This document shows, piece by piece, positions 19,649 through 31,010 of a DNA stretch of 64,000 bases. Below the pieces are notes generated by a model that worked only from the letters and a program-made list of their open reading frames with translations, had not been told where the DNA came from and ran no database searches. The translations under genes and the position numbers were made by a program. Within the stretch, counting starts at the first letter, position 1. Each line of letters opens with the position of its first letter. Source of the stretch: Ignavibacteriota bacterium. Lineage in GTDB: Bacteria; Bacteroidota; Ignavibacteria; UBA10030. The stretch is taken from assembly GCA_963701295.1 (NCBI GenBank), contig OY969585.1:3392001-3456000 (forward strand), given 5' to 3'.

Positions 19649-21010
19649 TTGAGACAGCTTATAAATATTATATTTGTTCTGATATGTAATTCAGTTGCGA
19701 GAACTTGTTATAGCATACAAACGATAAGAAAGTCAAACAATATGAAAACGGTAACATTAATTCTACTTACATTTTTGACATCATTAACTATGTTCGGGCA
19801 AGACATCACCGGACAATGGAATGGAATATTAAAAGTTCAAGGAATACAATTGAGGATTGTATTCAATATTATTAAAACGGACAATGGTTATAGGTCAACA
19901 ATGGATAGCCCAGACCAAGGGGCAAATGGAATTCCTGTAACTACCACAAGTTTTGAACATTCAATTTTAAAACTTGCGGTAATAAATGCAAAAATCGAAT
20001 ACGAAGGAACTTTAAAAGAAAATAATAATATTATTGGAAATTTTATGCAGGCAGGGCAATCTTTCACGATGAATTTAACAAGAGAACAGATTGAAACAGT
20101 AAAAGCAATAAGAGATTCAATAAATAAAGACACAAATTTTGTAGAAACACAACTTATCTTACAGACTAAAACAGGACAAATCTTTGGGACATTGACAACT
20201 CCAAAGGAGTTTACCAAAATTCCTTTGGCATTAATTATTGCAGGCTCTGGACCAACGGACAGGAATTGCAATGGTCCTATGATAAAATGTGATGCATACA
20301 AAAAACTTGCTTATAGGCTTGCTGAAAATAATATAGCTTCTTTACGCTACGACAAAAGAGGCATTGCAGAAAGCAAAGCAGCAATGAAAAATGAATCCGA
20401 TATTCGTTTTGATGACTATGTGAATGATGCAAAAGAGTGGATACGAACATTAAAGCAGGACAAGCGTTTTTCAAAAGTTATTGTAATAGGACATAGTGAG
20501 GGTTCACTAATTGGAATGATTGCTGCAACTACTGCGGATAAGTTTATTTCTATTGCTGGTGCAGGACAATCGGCAGATAAAATTATTAAAGAGCAATTGA
20601 GCGCTCAACCTAAAGAAGTTCAGGATTTATCTTATCCCATTATTGATAGTTTAACAAAAGGAAAAACAGTAGACAATGTGAATCCAATGCTTAATTCTCT
20701 TTTCAGATTAAGTGTGCAACCTTATTTGATTTCTTGGTTTAAGTATGACCCACAAATCGAAATACAGAAACTAATCATTCCAATTCTTATTATACAGGGA
20801 ACAAACGATATTCAAGTAACTGTCGCAGATGCAAAACGACTTTCAAAAGCAAGTCCTAAAGCCAATCTGATATTGATTAACAAAATGAATCATATTTTTA
20901 GAGTTGTAGATGGTGACAGACAAGCTAATATTGCTTCCTATAACGATGCTTCCCTACCATTGGCGGATGAATTGGTAAAAGACATAACAAGTTTTAGTTT
21001 GACAAAATAA
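19649..21010 (+). CDS. Secreted alpha/beta hydrolase (likely start MKTVTLILL at 19742)
   Basis: IIAGSGPTDRN, LRYDKRG, GHSEG nucleophile, QGTNDIQV, MNH. Confidence 0.9.
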   Translation: MRQLINIIFVLICNSVARTCYSIQTIRKSNNMKTVTLILLTFLTSLTMFGQDITGQWNGILKVQGIQLRIVFNIIKTDNGYRSTMDSPDQGANGIPVTTTSFEHSILKLAVINAKIEYEGTLKENNNIIGNFMQAGQSFTMNLTREQIETVKAIRDSINKDTNFVETQLILQTKTGQIFGTLTTPKEFTKIPLALIIAGSGPTDRNCNGPMIKCDAYKKLAYRLAENNIASLRYDKRGIAESKAAMKNESDIRFDDYVNDAKEWIRTLKQDKRFSKVIVIGHSEGSLIGMIAATTADKFISIAGAGQSADKIIKEQLSAQPKEVQDLSYPIIDSLTKGKTVDNVNPMLNSLFRLSVQPYLISWFKYDPQIEIQKLIIPILIIQGTNDIQVTVADAKRLSKASPKANLILINKMNHIFRVVDGDRQANIASYNDASLPLADELVKDITSFSLTK

Positions 21011-21055
21011 ATAAATGAAGAAAGCACTATAAAATATATTCATAACCGGTTGGCT

Positions 21056-21080
21056 GCCTAACCGAGCGGCTCAATCTGAC
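21056..21080 (+). repeat. Truncated attC (left half)
   Basis: gcctaaccgagcggctcaatctgac. Confidence 0.65.
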
Positions 21081-21204
21081 GCGATAAAGTCCTGCTTAGT
21101 TTTAATAATACTCACATCAGTATCTTTTTGGGTTGATTGAGCTCTTTACCAGGCCCCGGTATCTTTTTCCTTTCTTTTTCGATTGAAGGGTTTACTGTCG
21201 GGGA

Positions 21205-21493
21205 ACTGCAATTCGCCATTTCGACAACATCCTATATAGATTGTGGCGAGATGGCAAGATGTATATTGCCATATTGCCAAATGGCAAAACAGTATGGCAA
21301 GATGACAAGATGGCGAAATGTGTTTTGACATTGCCACGCTTTTCTTATAGGGATTGGCAAACTGGCAAATCATATTCCTACTTCGCCAGTTCGACACTTC
21401 GACACAAAACTTCGCCATTTGGCAAAGTGACAAAGTAGAGTTCGACATTGCCATCGATCTATAGGGGTTGTGGCAAAGTGGAAATGGCAAAGT
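21205..21493. repeat. TGGCAA/TTGCCA iteron-like array with CTATAG-like centres
   Basis: About 20 copies of TG(G/A)C(A/G)A in both orientations, grouped around cctatatag, cttatagg, ctataggg. Confidence 0.8.
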
Positions 21494-21574
21494 CCTGATA
21501 CTTGCTATCATCACTTTCCTTATCTCCTGCTCGCTTACAGGAACTGTGGTGCATGCTGGTGCGTGATATTATAA

Positions 21575-22582
21575 TCAGTTCATATTTAAAGTTATCCTAT
21601 CTACAGCGCTGTGCAATTCTCCACCAGAGAGATGAGAATATACTTGAGTAACGACAATCGATGTGTGCCCAAGAAGCTTCTGCACCTCATAAATCCCTAC
21701 CCCGTTCTGAACAAGCCAAGTTGCGAAGGTGTGACGTAAGCTGTGGAAATGTAATTTCTTATCCAATCCAGAAGCAATTACTGCTTGTTTAAAAAGGTGC
21801 GAGATTCTTGCCTAGTCCAGATTCCATCCTTTCTCACCTACAAATACAAATTCTGATCTATGTGGAAGTGATTCTAATATTCCAAGGGCAACTACGTTCA
21901 GAGGAACGACTCTTTCTTTACCGGTTTTCGTATGAAAGCTTTCTGAATTCATTATATAGATCTGCTTGTGTGAAAAATCGACCTGATCCTACTTGAGATT
22001 TGCTATCTCACCTCGGCGCAGACCTGTATTAACAGCAAACAACACGACATTCTTGAACCATTGTTTAGGAATAACAGTAAGGAGTTTATTCATCTCCTCC
22101 CTGTTTAAATAAATAGGACGTTGATGTGGAATAGTCAGAAGTCGAATAAACTTGAAAGGATTCTTTTCGAGAATCTGCCAACGAACAGCTAATCCGAATA
22201 TTGCTTTGACTGTTCGCAGATCAATATTCACTGAAATCGGTTTTAATCTTTTTAAGCGATCAGCTTTAAAGCATTCGATATCAAGGGGAGTAACTTTGTC
22301 GAGATGTTTGTCGCCAACTGACTTGATGAAGAATCTCATCGCATAAGTTGCCTTATCAGTAGTTCCTTTTGCATGATGAATCTTAGAATATTCAAGAAAC
22401 TTCTCGAAGAATTGTGATAAGGTTAGATGAGGATAGATCGAACTTTGTTGACCTTCAAACTCTTTTAAGAATTTCTTTGCATCAATTTTATTTTTAGTTT
22501 TTGTGGATATGCGCTGCCATTTGCAGGTGCTGTTAAGATAGCAAAGGTAATAGAATCCATTTGTTCGCTTGCTGAGATACAT
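21575..22582 (-). pseudogene. Tyrosine recombinase / phage-type integrase pseudogene
   Basis: NTGLRRGEI box I and HSLRHTFA..LLGH..TQVY box II; interrupted by TAG at 21989, a frameshift near 21915 and a second TAG near 21813. Confidence 0.9.
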
Positions 22583-22713
22583 TGCAACCTCCTCAAGAAG
22601 TGTGGATGAGGTGACTGCATAGGAACAAAATAGGAACACTATGGGGTTTTTAAGACAGGAGTTTTTGAAGTAAAAATTTCAATTCGATAACTTCAATTGT
22701 ATTATCAACTTTG

Positions 22714-22799
22714 TGCCGAGGGCGGGACTCGAACCCGCACGCCCTTTGCAGGACACAGGATTTTAAGTCCTGTGCGTCTACCAATTCCGCCACCCCGGC
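22714..22799 (-). tRNA. tRNA-Leu (TAA)
   Basis: GCCGGGGTGGCGGAATTGGTAGACGCACAGGACTTAAAATCCTG..GGTTCGAGTCCCGCCCTCGGCA, long variable arm. Confidence 0.97.
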
Positions 22800-22805
22800 A
22801 GGGTA

Positions 22806-22876
22806 AATGCCGATTTCTGATTCCGAATTGTGGATTACTTAAAAAATCCAAAATTGAAAATTCGCATTTCGCAATT
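22806..22876. repeat. Degenerate inverted heptamer repeats
   Basis: atttctg attccga attgtgg att ... aatccaa aattgaa aattcgc atttcgc aat. Confidence 0.6.
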
Positions 22877-22881
22877 TATTG

Positions 22882-22953
22882 AGGCGCCGGGCGGATTCGA
22901 ACCGTCGCATAAAGGTTTTGCAGACCTCTCCCTTACCACTTGGGTACGGCGCC
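22882..22953 (-). tRNA. tRNA-Cys (GCA)
   Basis: GGCGCCGTACCCAAGTGGTAAGGGAGAGGTCTGCAAAACCTT..GGTTCGAATCCGCCCGGCGCCT; one A-C mismatch in the T stem. Confidence 0.95.
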
Positions 22954-23190
22954 ATTCAACAACTTCTTTAGTTCTTCTCTTCCTTTTCCACTCTTCAAAA
23001 ACCTTTCACTTTTTTTTGCTTCATCTTCTGACTGAAATTGCTCTGAGTATATTAACTCAAATGGACGACGTCGTCTTGTGGATTCTGTTTTCCCACTATT
23101 ATGCTCAGCCAACCTCCGGTTAACATCTGAAGAATATCCTGTATAGTATTTTTTATCCTTTATACTTTTCAACACATAAACTTTGTTCAT
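22933..23190 (-). CDS. Small stand-alone GIY-YIG nuclease overlapping the 5' end of tRNA-Cys
   Basis: VYVLKS..YYTG..RRLAEHNSG..ST..RP..LIYSE..A...ERFLKSGKGRE. Confidence 0.93.
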   Translation of the reverse strand: MNKVYVLKSIKDKKYYTGYSSDVNRRLAEHNSGKTESTRRRRPFELIYSEQFQSEDEAKKSERFLKSGKGREELKKLLNGAVPKW

Positions 23191-23193
23191 TTT

Positions 23194-23243
23194 GACTCTC
23201 CCTTACCACACTTGCCCGCCGAAAGCGGGTGCGGTACGGCGCC
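23194..23243 (-). repeat. Duplicated 5' ~30 nt of tRNA-Cys with an 18-nt hairpin-containing insertion
   Basis: GGCGCCGTACC[GCACCCGCTTTCGGCGGG]CAAGTGTGGTAAGGGAGAGTC versus tRNA GGCGCCGTACCCAAGTGGTAAGGGAGAGGTC. Confidence 0.92.
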
Positions 23244-23328
23244 AGTATTTACATTATCAATGTTAGAACAAAAAACCCACTGCCTGAGAGGTAATGAAGC
23301 AGCGGGGCATATTCAAGCATTATACGCT

Positions 23329-23404
23329 TGGAGCGGGAAACGGGGCTCGGACCCGCGACCTCAACCTTGGCAAGGTTGCGCTCTACCAACTGAGCTATTC
23401 CCGC
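23329..23404 (-). tRNA. tRNA-Gly (GCC), CCA encoded
   Basis: GCGGGAATAGCTCAGTTGGTAGAGCGCAACCTTGCCAAGGTTG..CCCGCTCCA; T-loop reads TCCGAG. Confidence 0.95.
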
Positions 23405-23433
23405 ATTCATATTTCATTATCATCATTAATAAC

Positions 23434-23489
23434 GCAAGGAGTTACACTCTTCTCCGCTAAACGCGGATAGGCATCTGAGCTATTCCCGC
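23434..23489 (-). repeat. Degenerate duplicated 5' half of tRNA-Gly with a hairpin inserted in the D-loop
   Basis: GCGGGAATAGCTCAG (15/15 identical) ATGCCTA TCCGCGTTTAGCGGA GAAGAGTGTAACTCCTTGC versus tRNA GTAGAGCGCAACCTTGC. Confidence 0.85.
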
Positions 23490-23501
23490 TGAACTACCAC
23501 T

Positions 23502-23530
23502 AATATACCAAAAACGTCTGCACTCCGCAA
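23502..23530 (-). promoter_or_regulatory. Putative promoter of the tRNA Gly-Cys-Leu operon
   Basis: TTGCGG-17 bp-TATATT on the minus strand, 12 nt upstream of the degenerate tRNA-Gly copy. Confidence 0.5.
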
Positions 23531-23591
23531 GAGATTTTTCTTTAAACTAATTAATTTGGGCATCACTTGATGACAGGTTTCGCATCTTTTT

Positions 23592-24026
23592 TTATCTCGC
23601 ACGTAGAAGCAGATCGGAGTAAGAGACCGCCACTGTTGCTGAGCGCTTTATTTCAAATCGTGCTGAAAGAAATTTCAATAATGTCTGTGCTTGTCGTTTT
23701 CCATACTTCACCAGTACTTCAAACTCAATAAATGCTCCAAGTCCACGCACATCATCCAGACAGAATGCATTTGTTATTTTCGGATTGGAAACAGGAAGTA
23801 CGCAGTAATCGGAGTATCGATGACCTTTCTTGTCCGGCCGATTGTAGTAGATCAGTTCTGCTTCATAAGTATTGATGATCCGCAGCTTGAACCGCCCATG
23901 AGGGACATTCTAATACACATCACGTTGATGGAGAATTCCTTTTAAACGCGTATGAAGACTTCTCGCAGCACGAACGCCTTCGGATATTGATGAAATTCGA
24001 GCTTTCAATTCTAAATTCTGAGATAT
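23592..24026 (-). pseudogene. CYTH-domain / class IV adenylate cyclase-like pseudogene
   Basis: Manual translation: NLELKAR..DVY*NVPHGRFKLR..AELIYYNRPD..LDDVRGLGAFIEFEV..SYSDLL, with an in-frame stop and apparent internal deletion. Confidence 0.7.
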
Positions 24027-24115
24027 AACTAATTAAAAATGATAAAGCACGGATTGGATAAACGATGATGGTTGCGTGGGAGCATCTCGACAGCACATCA
24101 TCGGTACAAGTGCTA

Positions 24116-24601
24116 CTACCGACCAATTTCTATGATTTTATATTCCAATATGCCGGCGGGTACTTTTATTTGTACGGTCTCTCCCTCTTTCTTTCCAAGC
24201 AATCCTTTGCCTATTGGTGAGGTAACAGAAATTTTATTCTTCTCAAAGTCAGCTTCCTCAGGTGCGACGAGTCGGTACTCGATGGTTTGTTTGGTTCGCA
24301 GGTCCTGAATCTTGACAAGCGAGAGAATATAGATTTTATCTGTCGGTAAAGAAGCGATATCAATAATCTGTGTTCTCGAAAGGGTTTCTTCCAACTTGGC
24401 AATACGTAATTCAAGATGTTGCTGTGCCTCTTTCGCTGCATCATATTCAGCGTTTTCACTCAGATCGCCGTACCCGCGTGCCTCAGCTATTTTGGCAGCC
24501 ATATCAGCACGACCATTCGTCTTCATCTCACGAAGCTCATGTTCAAGCTCTGTGAGCTTTTCACGTGTCAGATATACCTTACCGTTATTATGATCATCCA
24601 T
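24116..24601 (-). CDS. greA: Transcription elongation factor GreA
   Basis: ARGYGDLSENAEYDAAKE, ISVTSPIGKGLLGK. Confidence 0.97.
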   Translation of the reverse strand: MDDHNNGKVYLTREKLTELEHELREMKTNGRADMAAKIAEARGYGDLSENAEYDAAKEAQQHLELRIAKLEETLSRTQIIDIASLPTDKIYILSLVKIQDLRTKQTIEYRLVAPEEADFEKNKISVTSPIGKGLLGKKEGETVQIKVPAGILEYKIIEIGR

Positions 24602-24665
24602 ATTAACTCCTTAGAACGAAAAAAATCCCCTCAGCAAAATGTCTCTGAAGGGTAAATGCAAAAAC

Positions 24666-24698
24666 AATAGCCACCATCCTGTGGATGATGGCTATTTT
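24666..24698. terminator. Hairpin between ribBA and greA (possible terminator)
   Basis: aatagccaccatcc-tgt-ggatgatggctatt. Confidence 0.55.
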
Positions 24699-24748
24699 AA
24701 AATTAAAGTAGGAGATAAATCAATGAGACGCAAGAATAATTTTGCCGC

Positions 24749-25990
24749 CTAACTTTTTTTTCCTTCCGCCGAGTTTTTTGCGTCTATCAGAATCAAATGG
24801 CCAAGTTTATCTCGTTTGGTCGTGAGATATCGCTCGTTATGCTGATTCGGATGAACCTCAAGAGGAACCCGCTCCACAACTTCAAGTCCATAACCGGTGA
24901 GGCCAATAATTTTTTTCGGATTGTTCGTCAGCAGGCGCATTTTACCGACACCAAGATCACGGAGAATTTGCGCACCTATTCCATAATCACGCAGGTCAGC
25001 GCGAAAACCGAGTTCCTCATTCGCTTCAACCGTGTCGAGTCCCTCATCCTGTAAATTGTAAGCTTTCAGCTTGTTTAATAATCCTATTCCGCGCCCTTCT
25101 TGCCGCATATAAAGGACTATTCCACATCCTTCCATTTCCACTCGTTCCATCGATGCAACTAGTTGTGCATTACAATCGCAGCGGAGAGAACCGAAGACGT
25201 CACCTGTTAAACATTCTGAATGGACACGAACAAGTGTCGGTTTCTCCGGTGAGATATCTCCTTTGACCAGCGCAATATGATCCTTGCTGTCCGTCTGACT
25301 TCTGAAAAGGTGCATTCGGAATTCTCCATACTGCGAAGGAAGCCTTGTTGAGACAATTCGCTGTACGAGTTTTTCACGGCGTATCCTGTACTCAATCAGC
25401 GCACGCACCGTGATGATTTTTAAATCAAATTGTTCTGCAATCTTCAACAACTCCGGAACACGCGCCATTGTACCATCCTCTGCAAGAATTTCGCATAAAA
25501 CTCCAGCCGGATACAAACCAGCAAGTTGACAGAGATCTACCACTGCCTCGGTGTGACCGGCACGGCGCAAGACGCCACCTTCCATGGCACGCAATGGAAA
25601 AATATGCCCCGGACGCGCAAAATCATTTGCTTGAGCTTTTGGGTCAACAAGTGCGCGCACAGTAGCGGAACGGTCTGCTACAGAAACACCAGTTGTTGTT
25701 CCGTGGAGATAATCAATTGAGACAGTAAAAGGCGTTTCGTGAAGTGAAGTATTTGCATCTACCATGAGATCAAGGTTTAATTCCTTTGCCCGAGGAGTCG
25801 TTATCGGTGCGCATACAACTCCGCGCCCTTCCTTCACAAAGAAATTAATCGCTTCCGGTGTTGTCTTCTCTGCTGAAAGGACAAAGTCGCCCTCATTCTC
25901 ACGATCTTCATCATCCACAACAATAAGAATTTTCCCCTGCTGGAAATCTTCAATTGCGGCTTCAATTGTATTAAATTTTTCTTGTGCCAT
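24749..25990 (-). CDS. ribBA: Bifunctional DHBP synthase / GTP cyclohydrolase II
   Basis: [44 protein letters not shown]. Confidence 0.98.
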   Translation of the reverse strand: MAQEKFNTIEAAIEDFQQGKILIVVDDEDRENEGDFVLSAEKTTPEAINFFVKEGRGVVCAPITTPRAKELNLDLMVDANTSLHETPFTVSIDYLHGTTTGVSVADRSATVRALVDPKAQANDFARPGHIFPLRAMEGGVLRRAGHTEAVVDLCQLAGLYPAGVLCEILAEDGTMARVPELLKIAEQFDLKIITVRALIEYRIRREKLVQRIVSTRLPSQYGEFRMHLFRSQTDSKDHIALVKGDISPEKPTLVRVHSECLTGDVFGSLRCDCNAQLVASMERVEMEGCGIVLYMRQEGRGIGLLNKLKAYNLQDEGLDTVEANEELGFRADLRDYGIGAQILRDLGVGKMRLLTNNPKKIIGLTGYGLEVVERVPLEVHPNQHNERYLTTKRDKLGHLILIDAKNSAEGKKS

Positions 25991-26017
25991 GTGTATGCGA
26001 CTGCAGCTTATAATTTT

Positions 26018-26353
26018 TTATCCAATCTTTTTATCCGATTCAGGTTCCGAAATGATTGTTGCAATCGAACTTCTGTCCAATTTTACTTTTACATTGTCGG
26101 CAATCTGAACGAGAACAGTCTTCTCATCCAATCCAGCAACAGTACCATACATACCACCAGATGTGATAACCTTATCACCCTTCTTCACACTCTCCAATAA
26201 CTTCTGGCGTTCTTTCGCCCGCTTCTGTTGAGGACGAATAATCATAAAATAGAAAATAAGAATGATGGAACCAAAGAGAATGATATTTGACATTAGCCCT
26301 GGACCGCCGTCGTTTGTTGATTGAGCCATGAGAATTGTGAAGTGATGAAACAT
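26018..26353 (-). CDS. yajC: Preprotein translocase subunit YajC
   Basis: FYFMIIRPQQKR..KGDKVITSGGMYG; downstream of tgt. Confidence 0.96.
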   Translation of the reverse strand: MFHHFTILMAQSTNDGGPGLMSNIILFGSIILIFYFMIIRPQQKRAKERQKLLESVKKGDKVITSGGMYGTVAGLDEKTVLVQIADNVKVKLDRSSIATIISEPESDKKIG

Positions 26354-26372
26354 TGTATCCTCCTGTTTCTTT

Positions 26373-27961
<1,589 letters not shown>

Positions 27962-27964
<3 letters not shown>

Positions 27965-29542
27965 AGTAGTACCTCCTACTTCTATGCTTTGCAACGCGGA
28001 AGGTAAATATTCTATGATATCATTCGCTATAAGACTTCGTTCTCCTATTCTTTTTGCAATAATATCTCCGGATAATCCATGAAGGTACACACCAGTCCAA
28101 GCAGCTTGTAGATCAGACATTCCCTGCGCCCATAAACCTGCAATAATTCCAGAGAGCACATCGCCCGCGCCAGCAGTCGCCATGCCGGGATTTCCTGTAG
28201 AGTTGAGAATTGCAGAACCATCCTTTGAGGCAATAATCGTTGGAACGCCTTTAAGAACGATTGTGACACCAATCCTTTTCGCTAATTCACAAGCGACATT
28301 GACACGATGTTCTTCGACATTGTTCGTTGATATCTTGGAAAGACGAGAGAATTCTCCAACATGCGGTGTAAGGATAAGCTGTGCTCGTAATGAATGGAGT
28401 TTAGTTATTCCATGGACAGCAAGAGCATTCAATCCATCGGCATCAATAAGTGCCTTGCCACGATATTCAAGCAAAATTTTTAAAATCAATTGCTGGGTTT
28501 CAGAATTTTGCGATAAGCCTGGACCGATGACGAGCACATCCGCCCAAGAAAGTCTTTCACGAATTGTATCCAGCGCGGCAAGGCTCAGTGTTCCAGCACT
28601 TGTCGCCGATAACGGAAACACCATCGTCTCCGTCAACTTTCGAGCAAGAATTGGATACACTGACTCTGGTGTTCCTAGCACAACTGCACCAGCACCAATA
28701 CGAAGCGCAGACATACAACACAATGCCGCGGCACCGGTCAATCCTTTCGAGCCAGCTAACACCAACACTTTACCCACACTGTACTTGTGTGCGTGAATTG
28801 ATCTCTTCGGAAGAATTCGCAGAACATCTGATTTCTCAACAAGAAAAGTTTGCAACCGTTTATCTTCTGAGACCATAGGGGGAATGCCGATATCTACAAC
28901 ACGAACGGAACCAATCATCTCACGTCCATGATTGCAAAGCAGTCCGGACTTAAGACATCCAAATGTTACAGTCACGTTTGCATGAATGGCACAATTCTCC
29001 ATTACACCTGTTGTGCCATTGATACCTGACGGAATATCCACAGCTACTACCTTTACCTGCTGTTGATTCACCCATTTAATCATATCTGCAAATGGTTTGT
29101 GCACGGAACCTGTGAAGCCGGTGCCAAACATCGCGTCCACAATAATATCCGGTTCAGGAATTGTTGCGAGAAGTCGTTTTGAATATCGCCGAATAGTGAT
29201 CCGACCTGTCGATTTCTTAGCGAATGTCTGAAGAATCTTGAAATTTGTTTTCGCATCACCTTTCAATTCTGAAGGTGAAGCTACCAGCAGAACACTGATG
29301 TGCGTACAAGAATTCAAGAGCATTCTTGCAACAACGAATCCGTCACCGCCATTATTCCCTTTACCGCAAATAATAAGAATGTGTTTAGATTCGAGCGGGG
29401 AAAATTCTTGTTTAAGGATCTCGACAACACCGCGTCCGGCGTTTTCCATCAACAGCAATCCCGGAACGCTATATGTTTTGACGGTGGTTTCATCACACCA
29501 TTTCATTTCTTCAGCCGAAACTACATGCTTCATAGAAGTCAC
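27962..29542 (-). CDS. nnr: Bifunctional NAD(P)HX epimerase/dehydratase
   Basis: LMENAG, CGKGNNGGDG, DIPSG; HK..G..L..AGS, DADGL, LTPH.GEF, ATAGAGDVL. Confidence 0.96.
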
Positions 29543-29554
29543 TCATACTATAGT

Positions 29555-30979
29555 TTAGAAATAACGTTGAGCAGTCTGAATAATTATCGAAGGAAATAAT
29601 CCAAGCAATAGCACAAGAAAAGCAAAAATCACTATCATCATCAACACTATTTTCGACGGGGGGATTTCAACATTGGCGCGCCCTTCGCGGAAAAACATAA
29701 GCACGACAAGTCGCAAATAGTAATATGCAGACACAAGACTTGTGAGCACACCGATAATCGCCAGCCAAACCATCTTGGCTTTAATTGCTGCAAAGAAAAT
29801 ATAATACTTTCCAAAGAATCCAGCAAACGGCGGAATTCCAGCTAATGCGAACATGAAAATCGCCATCAATGCGGCAAGCAATGGTTGTGATTGACTCAAA
29901 CCTGCATAATCATCCACCAAAAGGTTTTGATCTTCTTTATATTCGACAAGACTGATAATAGCAAACGCACCAAGATTCATCATTGCATAGGCGACAAGAT
30001 AAAACATCACACCCACTTGGCCCTCAAGTATCCCAGTAGCAATGCCGGCAAGCATATATCCGGCGTGCGCTATGCTTGAATATGCAAGCATACGCTTAAT
30101 ATTCCTTTGGGCAATTGCGACAATATTGCCAAGAATCATTGAAGCTGCAGCAAGGATGGTGAGAAGTTCGTTCATATTTCCGCCAATGAAATCAAATGTT
30201 CGGATAAAGATTGTAATGAACGCTGCAAATGCTGCCGCCTTAGCTCCTGTTGACATAAATGCTGTCACTGGTGTCGGTGCACCTTCGTATACATCCGGCG
30301 CCCACATGTGGAACGGTACTGCAGCTGCTTTAAACCCTAATCCTATCAATAAAAATCCGGCTCCAATCACAAACAGAATGTTTGTCGATACAACAGCAAA
30401 GACATTCCTGATCATCGTTAAATTTGTAGTTCCAACGGTACCGTAGATCAGTGCAATGCCATACAGGAGAAATCCCGTTGCAAACGCACCAAGCAAAAAG
30501 TATTTGAGTGCTGCTTCATTTGCACGTTCCTTTGTACGGATAAATCCCGCGAGCACGTATAAGCAAACGGACATAAGTTCAACACCAAGGAAGACGATGA
30601 TGAGATCATTCGCAGATGCGATCAACATCATACCGATAGTAGCAAAGAGCAAGAGAATATAGAATTCACCGCGATGATATTTCTGCCGTTCAAAATAATT
30701 TCTTGAAAGGATAACTGTGGAAAAAGAAACAAAACAAAAGAGTGCTCCAAAGAAATTTGCATATCCGCCATGAAGCATCATCCCGCCAAAGCTCGGTCCT
30801 TCAACCGTGAGATTCGTAAAAGCAAACACCGCTGCAAAAGCTAATCCAGTCAAACTTACATAGTAAGTAGCAACTGGTCGTGTTTTGCGCACTGCTTCAA
30901 CAAGCATCGCTACTAAGACTGTAATGGTGATAATCATCACCGGTGCATTTGCCGCCAGATCGTTCAGATAAGAATTCAT
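29555..30979 (-). CDS. nuoN: NADH-quinone oxidoreductase subunit N
   Basis: EAALKYFLLG, FKAAAVPFHMWAPDVYEGAP, KRMLAYSSIAHAGY. Confidence 0.97.
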   Translation of the reverse strand: MNSYLNDLAANAPVMIITITVLVAMLVEAVRKTRPVATYYVSLTGLAFAAVFAFTNLTVEGPSFGGMMLHGGYANFFGALFCFVSFSTVILSRNYFERQKYHRGEFYILLLFATIGMMLIASANDLIIVFLGVELMSVCLYVLAGFIRTKERANEAALKYFLLGAFATGFLLYGIALIYGTVGTTNLTMIRNVFAVVSTNILFVIGAGFLLIGLGFKAAAVPFHMWAPDVYEGAPTPVTAFMSTGAKAAAFAAFITIFIRTFDFIGGNMNELLTILAAASMILGNIVAIAQRNIKRMLAYSSIAHAGYMLAGIATGILEGQVGVMFYLVAYAMMNLGAFAIISLVEYKEDQNLLVDDYAGLSQSQPLLAALMAIFMFALAGIPPFAGFFGKYYIFFAAIKAKMVWLAIIGVLTSLVSAYYYLRLVVLMFFREGRANVEIPPSKIVLMMIVIFAFLVLLLGLFPSIIIQTAQRYF

Positions 30980-31010
30980 CGTTCTCTGTTTAATTCATAA
31001 AGAGTAACAC

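Larger units (their letters stand above)
9480..22713. mobile_element. Genomic island A adjoining the 3' end of tRNA-Leu (left boundary approximate)
   Basis: Integrase pseudogene next to the tRNA-Leu 3' end, accessory cargo, attC fragments, backbone repeats shared with island B; no left att duplicate found. Confidence 0.65.

Noticed and set aside
21137-21514. ORFs 21146-21514, 21137-21328 and 21241-21438 as proteins
   Set aside because: They are translations of the TGGCAA repeat array with no RBS or recognisable motifs.
21575-22582. Integrase as the integron integrase (IntI) for the cassettes
   Set aside because: It has a phage-type N-terminal arm-binding-like region, lacks the IntI-specific insertion before box II, sits at a tRNA 3' end, and is inactivated by two stops and a frameshift.
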